Positions 13,510 through 25,465 of a DNA stretch of 64,000 bases are shown here, one piece after another. Within the stretch, counting starts at the first letter, position 1. Each line of letters starts with the position of its first letter. The stretch is from Takakia lepidozioides (taxonomy: Eukaryota > Plantae > Bryophyta). Made by a program: the position numbers and the translations under genes. Below the pieces are notes generated by a model, which searched no databases, was not told the origin of the DNA, and saw only the letters and a program-made list of their open reading frames with translations. The stretch lies in the NCBI GenBank assembly GCA_030704615.1, contig CM060733.1, forward strand, positions 39,060,001 to 39,124,000, written 5' to 3'.

Positions 13510-13660
13510 GTTCTGCTCAAATTTCCGCTCAAACTGGGCGCGGGGTCAATGGCCACAAGGCTACGGCAAACAACGTCTTATGAGTACATTCTGTTCTGCT
13601 CAAACTGGGCGGGGGGTCAATGGCCACAAGGCTACGGCAAACGTCGTCTAATGAGTACAT
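13510..13660 (+). mobile_element. Two nested micro-insertions of RTEX-like LINE 3' end (family A)
   Basis: Outer copy TSD tctatctttctct (13497-13509 / 13661-13673). Inner copy 13522-13589 has TSD tctgttctgctcaaa (13507-13521 / 13590-13604). Confidence 0.85.
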
Positions 13661-15507
13661 TCTATCTTTCTCTCTCAAAGATCAATTCAAGCTGGTCAGT
13701 TGATGAATTCCCAGGCTATTGGAGGTTTAAACACTTGGTACGGCAGTCTTTCAGCAACTGGAGTTGAAAACACCAAGGTATTTTTGTCAGTTTAGATATC
13801 TGCATATGTTCTGAAGGGCTATGTTCGCAAGGATTGTGCATGCGGCCAGAATCTCAAGATTAAATTGTTTTCTGGTGATTTGAAACCTTTTGAGCCAAGC
13901 ATGGATTGAAAGGAAAAAAAAATTCTGAACACCTAAATATACTTGGGCACTTTTAAGCATAGAAGGCAAATGCAATCAGGGATGTAAGATTTATTGGACC
14001 TCGAAAATGGATTGGAGGTTGAGGCTTCCTTACTCAAAACCAACACCTATGTTTGGAAAGGCTTTCCACCCACATTTTGTGGACCCATATCAATACATTG
14101 ATTGTCAAGAGTGACGAGTATTGCATGCAGTATGGCAGTATAACTTGGCACAACACGTCTCAAGCATGAGCCGTAAGTTGTTAGCCGTAGTCCTAAGTGA
14201 AGCATGGGTGAAAGATGAGGCATGAAACCATATTACTCTGATCTACTACTGTGTCATTTGTGAAGGAGCATTATTCTTGACATCCCAAGCACACACAAAA
14301 GATCAAGGCCATCAGTATGGCCATACATATTTCACTTCCTCTGTCTATTCCTTTACACCGTGGATGCCAGCTTATGATGAACTCCTCCTGAACACTGTCC
14401 TATTGGAGTTTCCAATAGGTTTAATCAGGCTTTGGTGCAAAGCTTGAGCAGATGAGGCTGACAATGTACTCTGTCCTGTCCTTTGTGTCCAATGTCTAAT
14501 TCCAGCTTGTAGATTGTTTTGTCTTTCGCACCTTAGGCAGGTTTGCCAAGAATGTTTTTAACCAATTGCCAGCTCTCGAGTAAACAAGAATAGAAGGGAC
14601 AAATCTCCACTTTGAAGATGCACAACAGATCACACCATCGCGCAGACATTAGCTGCCAAAGTAGCTGACCACACGCGGCCAGATCGAACCGAACATCCTG
14701 CTGTACTGCATGCCAGTCCAATCATCACCAAAGCCTGTCGCCAGAGAATATGAGGGGGTTGCCAGGAAGAGGGTGCTGCAATTTTCACTCTCCCGAGCAG
14801 AGTTTTAACACTTTACACCGTGAGGTGAAGGTGATGATGAAAGCAGCGTACAAATGAGCAAGCATCGGGCCGCACACTACGGGGTGTCAGCATTGAAGGC
14901 AAATTGTAAGACGAGCCAAGGCATGTGGGGCCGCCCAATGATAACCTTGAACGGCACGCCAGCGTCGTGTTGCATGCCAAGCTGCAGAGACGCGGCGTGC
15001 CGCTCCATCTCCCCATTCGCTCTTGAGATCCGTGACGCTCCTGCGGTCGTCATCACCGACACGATTTGTGAGTGCGTCACTCTCTCGCTCATCTCCATTC
15101 AAATTTCACCACCCCCTTCGTACTTCTTGTCGTAACCCTAATCATTTTCAAATGTATCGATGGGCATGCCCATGAGTCGAATGAATGAAATAAAAACCAT
15201 AGAAAACACGAACAGAATAGAAATGAGAGCCTTGCAATCCTGCCCAACCACATTGTTTCTTATCTCGTGTGAGTTTTGCAGTGCATGAAAGCCCCCAAGG
15301 CCCAACCTTTGTGTCTACCTGTTCTTCACAGTCTGCTGTACATGTTATCTCAATTTCTTAATCCGAAGTGTGGAAGAGGGAAGGAATCCATGTTCCGTCT
15401 GCTGATCCAAAGTAGCTCGGATGTTTTCCCCATGCATTGAAGAGTCTCTTGAAGAGGTTGTTGCAAGGGGATTGGCAGATCCGGTGTGAAGTCGGAGAGG
15501 CAGCCCC

Positions 15508-15872
15508 ATGGGTCGACTCGATGGCAGGCCGGCTCCGGGGCCTGAGAGTATTTTCAGTGCCCCTGATGGGTACTTCGATTCTGCTGTTTTGTACAAGCGA
15601 AGAGACCGTGGCGGTGTTGCAACCAGAGATGATAATGTAGGATTAGGGTTAGGGTTGGAGAAAGGGGAGAATGGCGATGGATTGGCAGGGAGATTAAGCT
15701 CTTTGTTGATTGAGGAGGAGGAGGAAAGAGGTAGAGATGAGAGGATTGCAGGAATTGGCCATGAAGAAAGTCACAATGCGCTCCAGAGGTGGGCGTGCAA
15801 CGGTTGTGGCGGCCTGTTCCAGTCGCTAGGCGAGCAACGATCTCACTTCAAATCTGATTTCCACCGCTTTAA

Positions 15873-15918
<46 letters not shown>

Positions 15919-18900
15919 TCTTCGAGTGTTTAGGGCACATGGCCACACTTGCAGCGGTTCTTGGCCCATTTAGCCTAGGGACAATGCTTACTGCATTAGG
16001 ATTTTATGTGTTGGGGAAAAGAATCGGCAGGGAAATTTGTCAATATAACTTCTTGTGTTATGTACATCTGCTGTGATCACAGTTTTGATTTTTACATCCT
16101 TACAGGTTAAGCGACAAACCACTGGTAAGGAGGCTTTGAATGAGGATCAGTTTGAGGAATTTGCACAGGGCAGGGGTCGACAGGATGATGACGACATGTC
16201 CAGCATTTCAGGATCAGACACTGAGTCGGATGCTGACCAAGCAGATCAGCAGAAGAGTCGTCCAGAGCAGGCACAGCAGGGGCCTCGGAACCACCACATT
16301 CTTTTCACGTTCTCAGATTTGGTACCTGTAGTTTCTATTTGGCGTTGTCTGATAGCTGCAGACAGAGAGGTTTTGCAAGGAGAAAAGGGGTTTGTGGACA
16401 CAGACAAGAATGGCGAAGGGTGGTGTGTGAGGGAAGAAGATATGTTACAGCGGTTGAGATCTTTAACTGCTGGAGCACCGCCCGAAAAGAGACCTTTATG
16501 GGTGGTCTTGCTGGCGGCTGGTGGTCACTTTGCTGGGGTTGTTGTTGATACCCGAGGAGGTTGTGTGCTTGCCCACCAGACGTTTCACAGGTATGAAGTC
16601 CAATCGCGGTTTACTATGGATACCGCTCTAGTCCACACTGTGTATAGTTTGACTGTACTGCAGAGGATGCTAGAGGAGAGAGCTCATTAGAAGGACTATG
16701 CGGTGCTGGAGATAACAAGACAAGCAGCATGTGGAATGCTTCAAGCAGTGCACTCATGCAGGTACGTCGTGAGGGCCAAAGCAGGGGGCAGACAATCTAC
16801 CCGAGATGCAACGGGCCGAGCACCAAAATCTGCAGGAGCCTCTCTTCGTCGTTATAATGAAGTTGCTCTACAAAAGGTAGCTCCCACTTTGTTCATTATG
16901 GTAGTAGTGCGCATGTCAAATTGGAGCACACTGATCTTTATAACTATGGAAGCTTGATTTTGTGCAAGCTTTAGTGGCAGTGATCAGTTAAGGTCCTTCA
17001 GCTCCGTTCCCTCTCGTCCCCCCCCCAACTACACCCACCTGTCTTGTGTCCAAACAGGGCAGGGCCGAAAGCTTACAGCAAGCACACATGGAATGTGCTA
17101 GGATATTCTTTCATTTAGTCACTTGTAACATTGGTTTCATATGCTCATGTGTTGTGGTAAACAGTGGACTCTGGTTTTGCTTAGGAAATTCGGGAGCTTC
17201 TTATGAACTGGAGTGAGCACTTGCGGGTTGCGTCTCATCTCTTTATACATGCACCTTCAAGCAATTCTCAAGCCCTGTTTGGAGGAGAAAGCGCCCTGTT
17301 AAATCGAAACGATCGTCGAATACGACGGATTCCGTTCACCACCCGGAGGCCCACTTTGAAGGAAGCAAAACGAATCTACAATCTGATTGCGTCGATTCAC
17401 TTTATAGAGGATGAAGTAGCCCCTGCAAGTATCCAGTCCTCCATCATCAGTGAGAGCCCCGGCCAAATTTCAGACACTGGGATTGGAGGACACCTGGTGT
17501 CTGAGTCAGAGAATGAGGGGTCCAATCTTGGTCGGAAAAGAGAGAAACCCAGTAGAGAGAAAAAAGTTGAGGCTTTGGGTGATGTTCATGAATCACAATG
17601 TACGGATGCATCTCCAATGATGGAGGTTGATGAAGATGCTCTGAAGGGTATGACTCCCCTTCATGAGGCTGCAATGGCAGGGGAACACTCCAAGGTCTTG
17701 GATCTTTTGCTGGAGGGAGCAGACCCTTGTGCACGAGAGGGGAGGGGCCGAACTCCTTACGCAGTTGCAGCTGACAGAGAGACACGGAACGTTTTCCGAC
17801 GGTTCATGTCTGCACACTCTGACATGTGGGATTGGCATGCAGCCAATGTGCCCAGTCCTTTGACAGATGAGTTGGAGGCCATACAGCTAGCCAAGCAGGT
17901 AATACTTCCCCTCTTTATTTTGAAAGTCTCAGATGATATCATGACACATCAATTCTAAATCTTGTTGGTATTGGTGGGCTGTTCCTATATGGTCACTCTC
18001 TCTCTGTAGGGATGTGGCTGTTCGGGGTGAGTTTGGCATTCCGTCCTTAAGCTCCCAACGAGATGAATTCAAGGTCACATGGTGGGGTCAGCTGCAACAT
18101 ATGCCCAACACAAGTTAATCGACTCTATATCTTGGAAACAGGACCGCCCTGTCAAACAGGCTAAGTCCTGGCAGAAGAGAGTAGAAGAGATCCTCAAGGA
18201 CCTGGACCTGGATCCGCAAGTCTTGACCCTGCTGGATAAATCTGACTTAGAGGCTGTAGTGTCCTCAGCCATGTCTGTTGCCGTGAGATTGTCTGATGAA
18301 AATGAAGTTAGGCAGAAAACTTCCCTGAACTTGTTTCCAGTCTGTGACATGGGGGAGGACATCTTGGATGACCTCAAGGGTCTACCCACTCTCGGCACTA
18401 GATTGAAATTTAAACTCGGGGCAGGAAGCCTACCTTTGAACAGCAAACAGAAGCAGAGAGGAAAGGGAGAGTGCAATTGCCCGTTGTGTGGGCAATCTGA
18501 AGACTATTCATTTTCTGATACACTGTCCGGGGTTCTCTCACCAAAGAGACGCTCTCTTCAAATCTATTAAGGGAATTGTGCCTGTACTTTTACCAACTTT
18601 GAAAGTCTCGAGGCTGAGCCAAAAGCCCATGCCCTCCTCACAAGTTTTTGGGCAAATCACACACAGCAGATTGATGCTTGTGTGAAGGGATTTCTAGAGG
18701 ATATCTGGAAAACCCGGATTAATTCTTTATATGGAGGTAAGTCTTACTACCAACGTCAGCCCCTGACAGAGGTAGGTTCTGTCCCTTTTGTTCCCGCTCA
18801 AACTGGGCGCGGGGTCAATGGCCACAAGGCTACGGCAAACAACGTCTTATGAGTACAATCTCTGTAGGGATGCCACAGTTGCAGAGCTATCTTGTTCAAT

Positions 18901-21173
18901 ACACTCTTTGACTTCATTTGGATGTTGTACAGTCCATCTCTTTCTCTCATTCTCCACTGAGCATTCAACATTTATTGTGGCCGGTTCTTCTCTTCTCTTA
19001 TTCCCTCCTCCCTTTTCCTGACCCCTTCTGCAGGGACGTGGAGTTCTATCGTCTAAGGGTACTGTATGTAGTATCCAATTAGTACATTTCTCTCCTCTCT
19101 CTTTCTGTGGGTAAGAGAGGAAAGGGGGATTACAAATGCCCGTTGTGTGGGCAACCTGAAGACAATATCCACTTTCTGATTCATTTACCTGGGTACTCAT
19201 CAGAGAGACACCCTTTTCAAATCCATCAAGGGAATTGTTCCTGTACCTCTGATTACCAACCTTGAAAATCTTGAGGCTGAGCCAAAAGCCCAGGCCCCTT
19301 TTGGGGTCTAGTTATTGGGAAATCACACACAGCAGATTGATGTTTGTGTGAAGGGATTTCTGGAGGATATCTGGAAAACTCAGATCAATTGTCTGTTTCA
19401 AGGTAAGTCATACTGCTGGCATCAGCCCCTGACAAAGGTAGTTTCTGTCCCTTTGTGTTCCGCTCAAACTGGGTGCGGGGTCCATGACCACAAGGCTGTG
19501 GCAAACAACGTCTTATGTGTACATCGTAGTAGTGTGTGCGGACAAGTGCCTCTGCGAGCACCTTAATGAGAGTTGCGGGAAAACAAGTTTATACCTGCAG
19601 CTGAGCTGCAGGGGTCAGCTGAACCCTAGTGGGTGCAAACCTCACAAAAGGCTCCAGGTGGGTTATTTCCGCAGGGTCAATGGCAGTAAGGCTATGGCAA
19701 GCCAACGCTCGCAGGGAACAGCATGAGTAAATTCTTTCTGTGTGTAATGTCTTCTCGATGTTGTTATGCATGTGGATGTGATGAGGGACAGAACTTGAGG
19801 GTTCTGAGGTAGAATGTCATGGATTTTGTGAGAGCCAGAAGTGTCACTTTGACATGGATGTTATCTGTGGGGACTTGCTTGCAGGCCGAGAAGGATGCAA
19901 AAAGAAAAGCAAAGGAGAAGGAACGAAAAAAGCTGAAGAAGGCCCAAGAGAAAGCTCACCAGGTCAGACCCTAGCACATCTTCCTTGTAGTACCAGCAAT
20001 GTGGATTGTAGTATGGCCAGCTGTTTCAAACAGAGCCTAGTGGTTAGGGCACTGTAGACTGCTAGGAGGGCTGGGCTCAATTGCATGTTGGATGGCCTTT
20101 ATTGGATGTCAGTGATCTGAGAGAGACTGACAGACTTGATGTCTTGTGCTGTTGTAACCAGGAGGAAGTGAAGGCAGCAGAACTCGCGGCTGAGGCTGTT
20201 GCAAATGTGCGCTATGCTGACAAGAACCGCTCAAAGAATTTATCAAACCTTCCTACCTATTTATATCCAAAGTCTAAAGAATACCAGGAGGTAATTGAAT
20301 TGCATTCGTGTTTGTGTAGCTTTTGCAGCTGTCTATGGATCTGTCTCCCTTCCTGCGTGTGTAAATGAAAAAATATCTTTGAAGGTTTAGTATGCTCCAG
20401 GGCTAGTTGGACTTGGGCCTGCTTTACCTTATCACTTCATGTGAATGTTTTGAAGAGAGATTGGTAGGTGCTAAAGTCGGTCTGTTCTTTGGAGCAGTTT
20501 CACTCACCATTATTTGGCTTGAATATATATGATGAAGTGTCAAGTTAACCATCATACATGATTGTTTTGTAGAGAGGTTGGAAGGTGCTCAAGTCTTTGT
20601 CTGGTCTTACGCATCTTAATGTAGCTTGATATGGATGAGATGTCATATAATCGTCACAGAACTGTTTGCTTGCATCTCATTTGAATTGTAATAAATCGTA
20701 CTGCCCATTTGATGCTCATGACTTTCAATTTGTACCCCAGTTTTTTTCATGCTTGTATTTAATGGTAGAAGCTCTATTCAGTTTCATTTCCATCCCCACA
20801 GGATATCCTAGAAACCATAGTTGTCTTTAGAAACCTTACCAATTCACCTAAGGTGGGTGGGGCTATAGATGGTCTCACATGGGTGGTCACATGGTGCCAG
20901 GCAATGTTGAAAGCGCAAGCTCAGGAGAGGGACACAAGGGCAGCTGCAGCTGAGATGCGGCTGCGGGCCCTAGCAAACACAAACCAGGAGCCTCTTTCAT
21001 CAAAACAACAAGCTTCGTCTTCTACAGTTTCTAGCACACCTTTGAAGTTGGCTGATGTTTGCTCCTGCTGTGGCGCCTCCTTGGTTGGAAAGGTTCCCTT
21101 CTCCCGGTATTCATATCGATACTGTAGCACCACCTGTGTGCGCGTGCATCGAATGGCTATGGAGGACAATTAG
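15508..21173 (+). CDS. ANKZF1: ANKZF1/Vms1 ribosome-quality-control peptidyl-tRNA-cleaving factor (C2H2 finger, VLRF1 domain, ankyrin repeats, coiled coil, C-terminal treble-clef finger)
   Basis: Exons 15508-15873, 16106-16590, 16762-16876, 17185-17898, 19885-19962, 20162-20290 and 20901-21173. Motifs: CNGC..QRSHFKSDFHRFN; GGHFAG..HQTFHRYVVRAKAGGRQS..PKSAGASLRRYNE; TPLHEAA..GADP..GRTPY; CSCC..PFSRYSYRYCSTTCVRVH. Confidence 0.95.
15874..15915. repeat. (TCTG)n/(TC)n microsatellite at the start of ANKZF1 intron 1
   Basis: gtctgtctgtctgtctctctctctctctctctctctctctcc. Confidence 0.9.
18015..18858 (+). mobile_element. 5'-truncated non-LTR retrotransposon (RTEX-like, family A) in an ANKZF1 intron
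   Basis: Frameshifted ORF2 C-terminus: GEFGIPSL..WWGQLQHMP..RLKFKLGAGSLPLN..CPLCGQSED(TIHFLIHC)..GRGVNGHKATANNVL*. The 14-bp TSD tctctgtagggatg lies at 18001-18014 / 18859-18872. The clade call is an inference from motif resemblance. Confidence 0.88.
19115..19732 (+). mobile_element. Chimeric LINE insertion: family A 3' fragment (19115-19524) fused to a related family B 3' fragment (19525-19732)
   Basis: One 15-bp TSD with one mismatch (tctttctgtg[g/t]gtaa, 19100-19114 / 19733-19747) encloses both parts. Part B ends cgcagggtcaatggcagtaaggctatggcaa...atgagtaaat. Confidence 0.8.
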
Positions 21174-22542
21174 GTGTTGGGAGGAGAGTTTGTATGAATC
21201 AATATGGATTGTTTTGGTTCTGGTTATGGATTGATAACAGGGTTGGTTTTGGCAGTGGTGTACGGGAACTAGGGATAAATTAGCTCTACAGACTCTCAAC
21301 TGAGCACTCTCCCGTGTCTCTACCCTTTCCCAGCCAGTGCAAACACACCGATATGTGTCGCACCTGTAACTGTTGGCATTCCAAGCATTTTCCCACTTCT
21401 TGGGTATGGTGACTGTGATAGCAGTCTCCAAGGAAGATCGTAATTTCTGGTGTTATGTCAATGCCAGCTGTTTAAATTACCCCTAAAAATCCCCGCTAAC
21501 CTATGGGCGTCAGCTCAGCTTGTTATGGGTTAAAACTGCCTGCCCTGACCCGCCCGGAAACTGTGCCTGCAAGACTGCACATAACAATGCTCCCTTAAAG
21601 TGTGTCTGAGTACAATTTTCTTCTCTCCCTGTTCTCTGGGGGTCTCCAGACGGTAATTGGGGAGTTTAACTTGAAACCTCCTTTCCTGTCTTTTAGCTGC
21701 TCCACGGTCTTGAGAGTGGAAGCAACAAGCAACCCTCCTCTCAGCACACAGCCTGCAATCTGCACTTTCAAAATGTGTTTGCCCACACCAATTTCCACAC
21801 TAGATTTGAGCTCCCCAAATTAGTGTGGCCCACACTAGAACATGTGTGAGCCCTCAAAAATTGGTCTCCACTAATTAGTGTGGCTCACACTAAAGGTGTA
21901 CTGTGCAGTAGAGCTGTTAAATTGTTACATGGTGCCAGCAAGTGCAACCTGACTTTCAGTTACAGAGGAATCGACCTTGCCAACCACACAGTTGCGGAGG
22001 CATCTCCTTTCTCTCCAACTCTAGAGAGTCACAACTATTTCACAATTTGTCTCAGGAAGAACCAAGAAACTTGCCAGGTAGAGGTTCCTTGATTCACCAG
22101 GCAACTGACATATTCAAATGTAGGCCATTCTAGAAAATCTCTTAAATTCACTTCACAACTACCCTTCCCTTGTACTGAGTCTCAGAAGTGGAGTTCTCAA
22201 AACTAGAACTAATCTAAGATCACCTTTTGCAGTTATGCTAACACAGGAAGACAAAGAAAACAATCAGCAGAGCGGAAAAGTATGCATGTGGTGAGCCTTT
22301 CCATGCTGATCACATTGTTGAGTGGAATCCAAAACCTCAATGGATAGAACTTGGGGCCCTTCTTGTGTGATGAGCTTCAAATGCTTAACCAGGATTTCAT
22401 GACCAATGAAAGACACTTTGTAGTGTGCATAGCCCAAGGCCTCTTTGTGAAGTCTGCTAGTGACGTTTCTGACAGTCTGAGAGAAGATTTCCTCAAAATA
22501 TTGGACTAGGCTCTCTATTGACTTCTGAAACTTCTAGCATTC

Positions 22543-23590
22543 ATGAAAGCTGGATTTGTACCAGATATCACTCTGAAAAATGCCCTTGTGGACATGTATG
22601 CAAAATGCAGGAGCATCGAGGATGCAATGGGAGTGTTTGACAAGATGGCTGAATGGGATGTTGTGTTCTGGAATGCGATAATTGCAGGATATACCCAGCA
22701 AACCTATAAGCAGGGAAGGGATGACGCCAGACCATGGTCACCTCTTGTTTGCATTTGCAATGTGTGTGCAAGCCTGTAAAAGGGCTAAGAGGTTTGCTGA
22801 CATCCAGAAAGCTGGAATTGTCCTAATATGATTCTGAGTACAACCCTCGTGGATATGTACGCAAATGTGGGAGCATCGAGGATGCATAGGAAATGTTGAG
22901 CAGTATGGCTGAACGAAATGTGGTGTCATGGGGTGCAATGATCACAGACAGCATATGCAGAGCATGGGTGTGGGATGAGGCCTTGGAGACCTATGAGCGA
23001 ATGGTGCGTGAAGGGGTGATGCCGGACCAGGTCACATTTGTTTGCGTTCGCAATGCTTTTGTGAGCCTGGCAACGGTGGAAAAAGGCAAACAGGTTCATG
23101 CTGACATCCAGAAAGCTGGCATTATACCAGATGTCACTCTGAACAATACACTGGTGGACATGTATGCCAAATATGGCAACATCAAGGATGCAAAGGGAGA
23201 GTTTGACAATACTGCTGCACGAAATGTGGTCTCCTGGAGTATGATGATTGCAGGATATGCCCGTCAAGGATGTGGGATGGAGGCTTTGGAGACTTCTGAG
23301 CAAATGATACAGGAAGGGGTGAATCCCAACCAGGTTACGTTGGTTTGTCTTTGCAATGCTTGTGCAAAGACATTTTCAAATTTCTCTGTGTTCTCCAAAC
23401 ATGTAGCCATGGGGGCCTAGTGGATGAAGGCAGACACTACTTCGATTCCCTGAGTCAAGATTATGGTCTCACTCCAGCAGTGGAGCACTATGGCTGCATG
23501 ATGGCCCTTCGTGGCCGTGCTGGGGGATTGGATGAGGCTGAGGACTTCCTTAACAAAATGCCAGTCCAACCAGATGCTGTGGTGTGGAAA
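22543..23590 (+). pseudogene. PLS-class pentatricopeptide repeat (PPR) pseudogene
   Basis: NALVDMYAKC.SIEDA..VFDKM...DVV.WNAII, PDQVTFV and CSHGGLVDEGRHYFDSL..DYGLTPAVEHYGCM..GRAG.LDEAEDFLNKMPVQPDAVVW are split across frames. The sequence is truncated right after AVVW. Confidence 0.92.
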
Positions 23591-24409
23591 AAAAAGAGAC
23601 CTGATACTTATCAGGGAGGGCCGAATAAATTGGAAACAGGGCAGGTCTCACCTGTTACAATCATCTTCGGAGATGAGCTTATATGGCTGTACAACTTTCT
23701 GTCTGTGTCTATCCTCAACATCGTTATTGCTTGCTTCTCTTGGCAAGAAACATTCATGCTACAACGCCTATGAAAACATGATGAGCTGCTGACCTTGCTC
23801 CACCTCTTCTATATCGCACAAGCGAGGAAGAGGCTCGTATTTAACCTAACTTCGGGTTGGCGTAGTGTCTCTCTACCGGCTAGGGTCTGGCGCAAGAAAG
23901 CCGCGAGAAAAATGTTGAATCCCGACGTAAAGTAAATTGCCTTGAACCAGTTTCTTACACTTCATTAGAAAAACTTCTGCTAGAAGCACACGACATGCAA
24001 TGTTCGTTGGAAGAATCACCCTGTGCATTTTGTTTGGGTTTTTCCAGAGTTTCAATTGGAACGAGAGTGAAAGTAACTCGTCAGCACATAGGAAGAGGAA
24101 ATGTGGAGAGGGGTGGCCCGAAGAGCTGGCAGGCACTGGGTACGCTCCAAACAGGGAAGAAAAAGCTGTGCGCAGGAGGCCCGCTGCACCCCCATATCCA
24201 GTCCAAGTGCCTATTCTGGGACACTCCTAGTATAAAAGTTGCTGCAGGCATGGTGCTAGTCGTGGTGCTTGCCAAGCTTACCATGATGGTGATTCTCCTT
24301 TCCGCTTCTCTCTCTCACACACACAAACACCTGTCTCAGACTCACATGCACAGCATTAGTAGAGCAGAGGAATTAGGAATGATTATGGTTCTTATTGCTT
24401 TCATATAGA

Positions 24410-24439
24410 ATGTACTCATAAGACGTTGTTTGCCGTAGC
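24410..24439 (-). mobile_element. 30-nt LINE family A micro-insertion
   Basis: Reverse complement of gctacggcaaacaacgtcttatgagtacat, flanked by the perfect 16-bp TSD attgctttcatataga (24394-24409 / 24440-24455). Confidence 0.9.
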
Positions 24440-25210
24440 ATTGCTTTCATATAGAGAGAACCAGGGAACACATCCTCGGAAGCTTCAGATCCTGTTTGGG
24501 GGACGAGAATCTTGGACAACTGTATCTGGGATGACTGTGGTCACACTAACAATTTTTAGCTTCTCTAGAACTTTTAATATGTTTCTACTTTTCTCCGGGA
24601 GATTACTATTGTCCCTCTTCTCTCTTTTAGGGTTAGGTTGAGGATTCATAACGTCTGTAGTTAGACAAATTGTAACATGGGTTTCATGGGCAGTATGATG
24701 AGTCACAAGAGCCAGAGCGAATAGAGCGGCAGGCAAAAGAATTTGCTGAAGCACAGGAAAGCTTGAAGCCCTCACACGTGACCAGTGGGATGAGATACAA
24801 GAGCTACGACCACGCACTCCTTATGAATCCAGAATAGGCCGTCCAAATGCCCACATCCGCACAGGCGAGCCTCTGAGCCTGGTATGTTTCCCTTTGCTTC
24901 CATTCTTGCCCTTTGTCCAGCCTTTTGTTGTGACCTGCTGGTCTGGCAAACCACCCTTCAGTGGCACAGCTAGAAAGCCAGTAGTTCTCTATGAGGGTCA
25001 CTCTCACCCAATTTGTCTATTCTATGTCTTCTGGAGCCTCTAAGAATTATGTTATGCCCTGGGAAACAAGAATTGTGTGAAGTGCCTACGCAGTTGCGGC
25101 AGTAGTTGCATCTGTTGTCGGGTTCTTACATAGGGCATAGATTGATGAGGCATCAATTTTCACTTGGTTTTCTCATAGTTAGGTTCTCTCTCTCTCCTTG
25201 TTCTCTCTCT

Positions 25211-25301
25211 CTTATGAGTACATTCTCTTTGTGGTTTCTGCCCAAACTGGGCGCAACATCTAATGCCACAAGGCATGGAAAATGATGCCTTATGAGTACA
25301 T
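25211..25301 (+). mobile_element. LINE family A 3'-end remnants (13-nt stub plus diverged 62-nt copy)
   Basis: cttatgagtacat at 25211-25223. The copy at 25240-25301 is flanked by tctctttgtggtttct (25224-25239 / 25302-25317). Confidence 0.7.
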
Positions 25302-25465
25302 TCTCTTTGTGGTTTCTTGTATTGTGTTTTCATGATTTGAATGCTAAGACTATATCTTGGCTGAGTAGTCCCATGTTGATACAGAAACTCAATACATCTC
25401 GGTCGGGAACTGATGATGAAATCAGTGTCAACCTGTCATTCTTGTACAGGATATAGTTTGTCATT

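Noticed and set aside
13507-13673. Repeat-spacer pattern (also 25211-25317) superficially like a mini CRISPR array
   Set aside because: Explained by LINE 3' ends and TSDs; eukaryotic context and no cas genes.
13680-15135. Possible minus-strand gene divergent from ANKZF1
   Set aside because: Splice-like signals exist, but the frames I checked contain stops and no family was recognisable.
23600-25140. Minus-strand coding-like segments (MVSLASTTT... transit-peptide-like)
   Set aside because: Multiple stops and no identifiable domain; at most decayed gene debris.
25408-25425. CTGATGA...GAAA hammerhead core
   Set aside because: No room for stem II between the motifs and no flanking stems.
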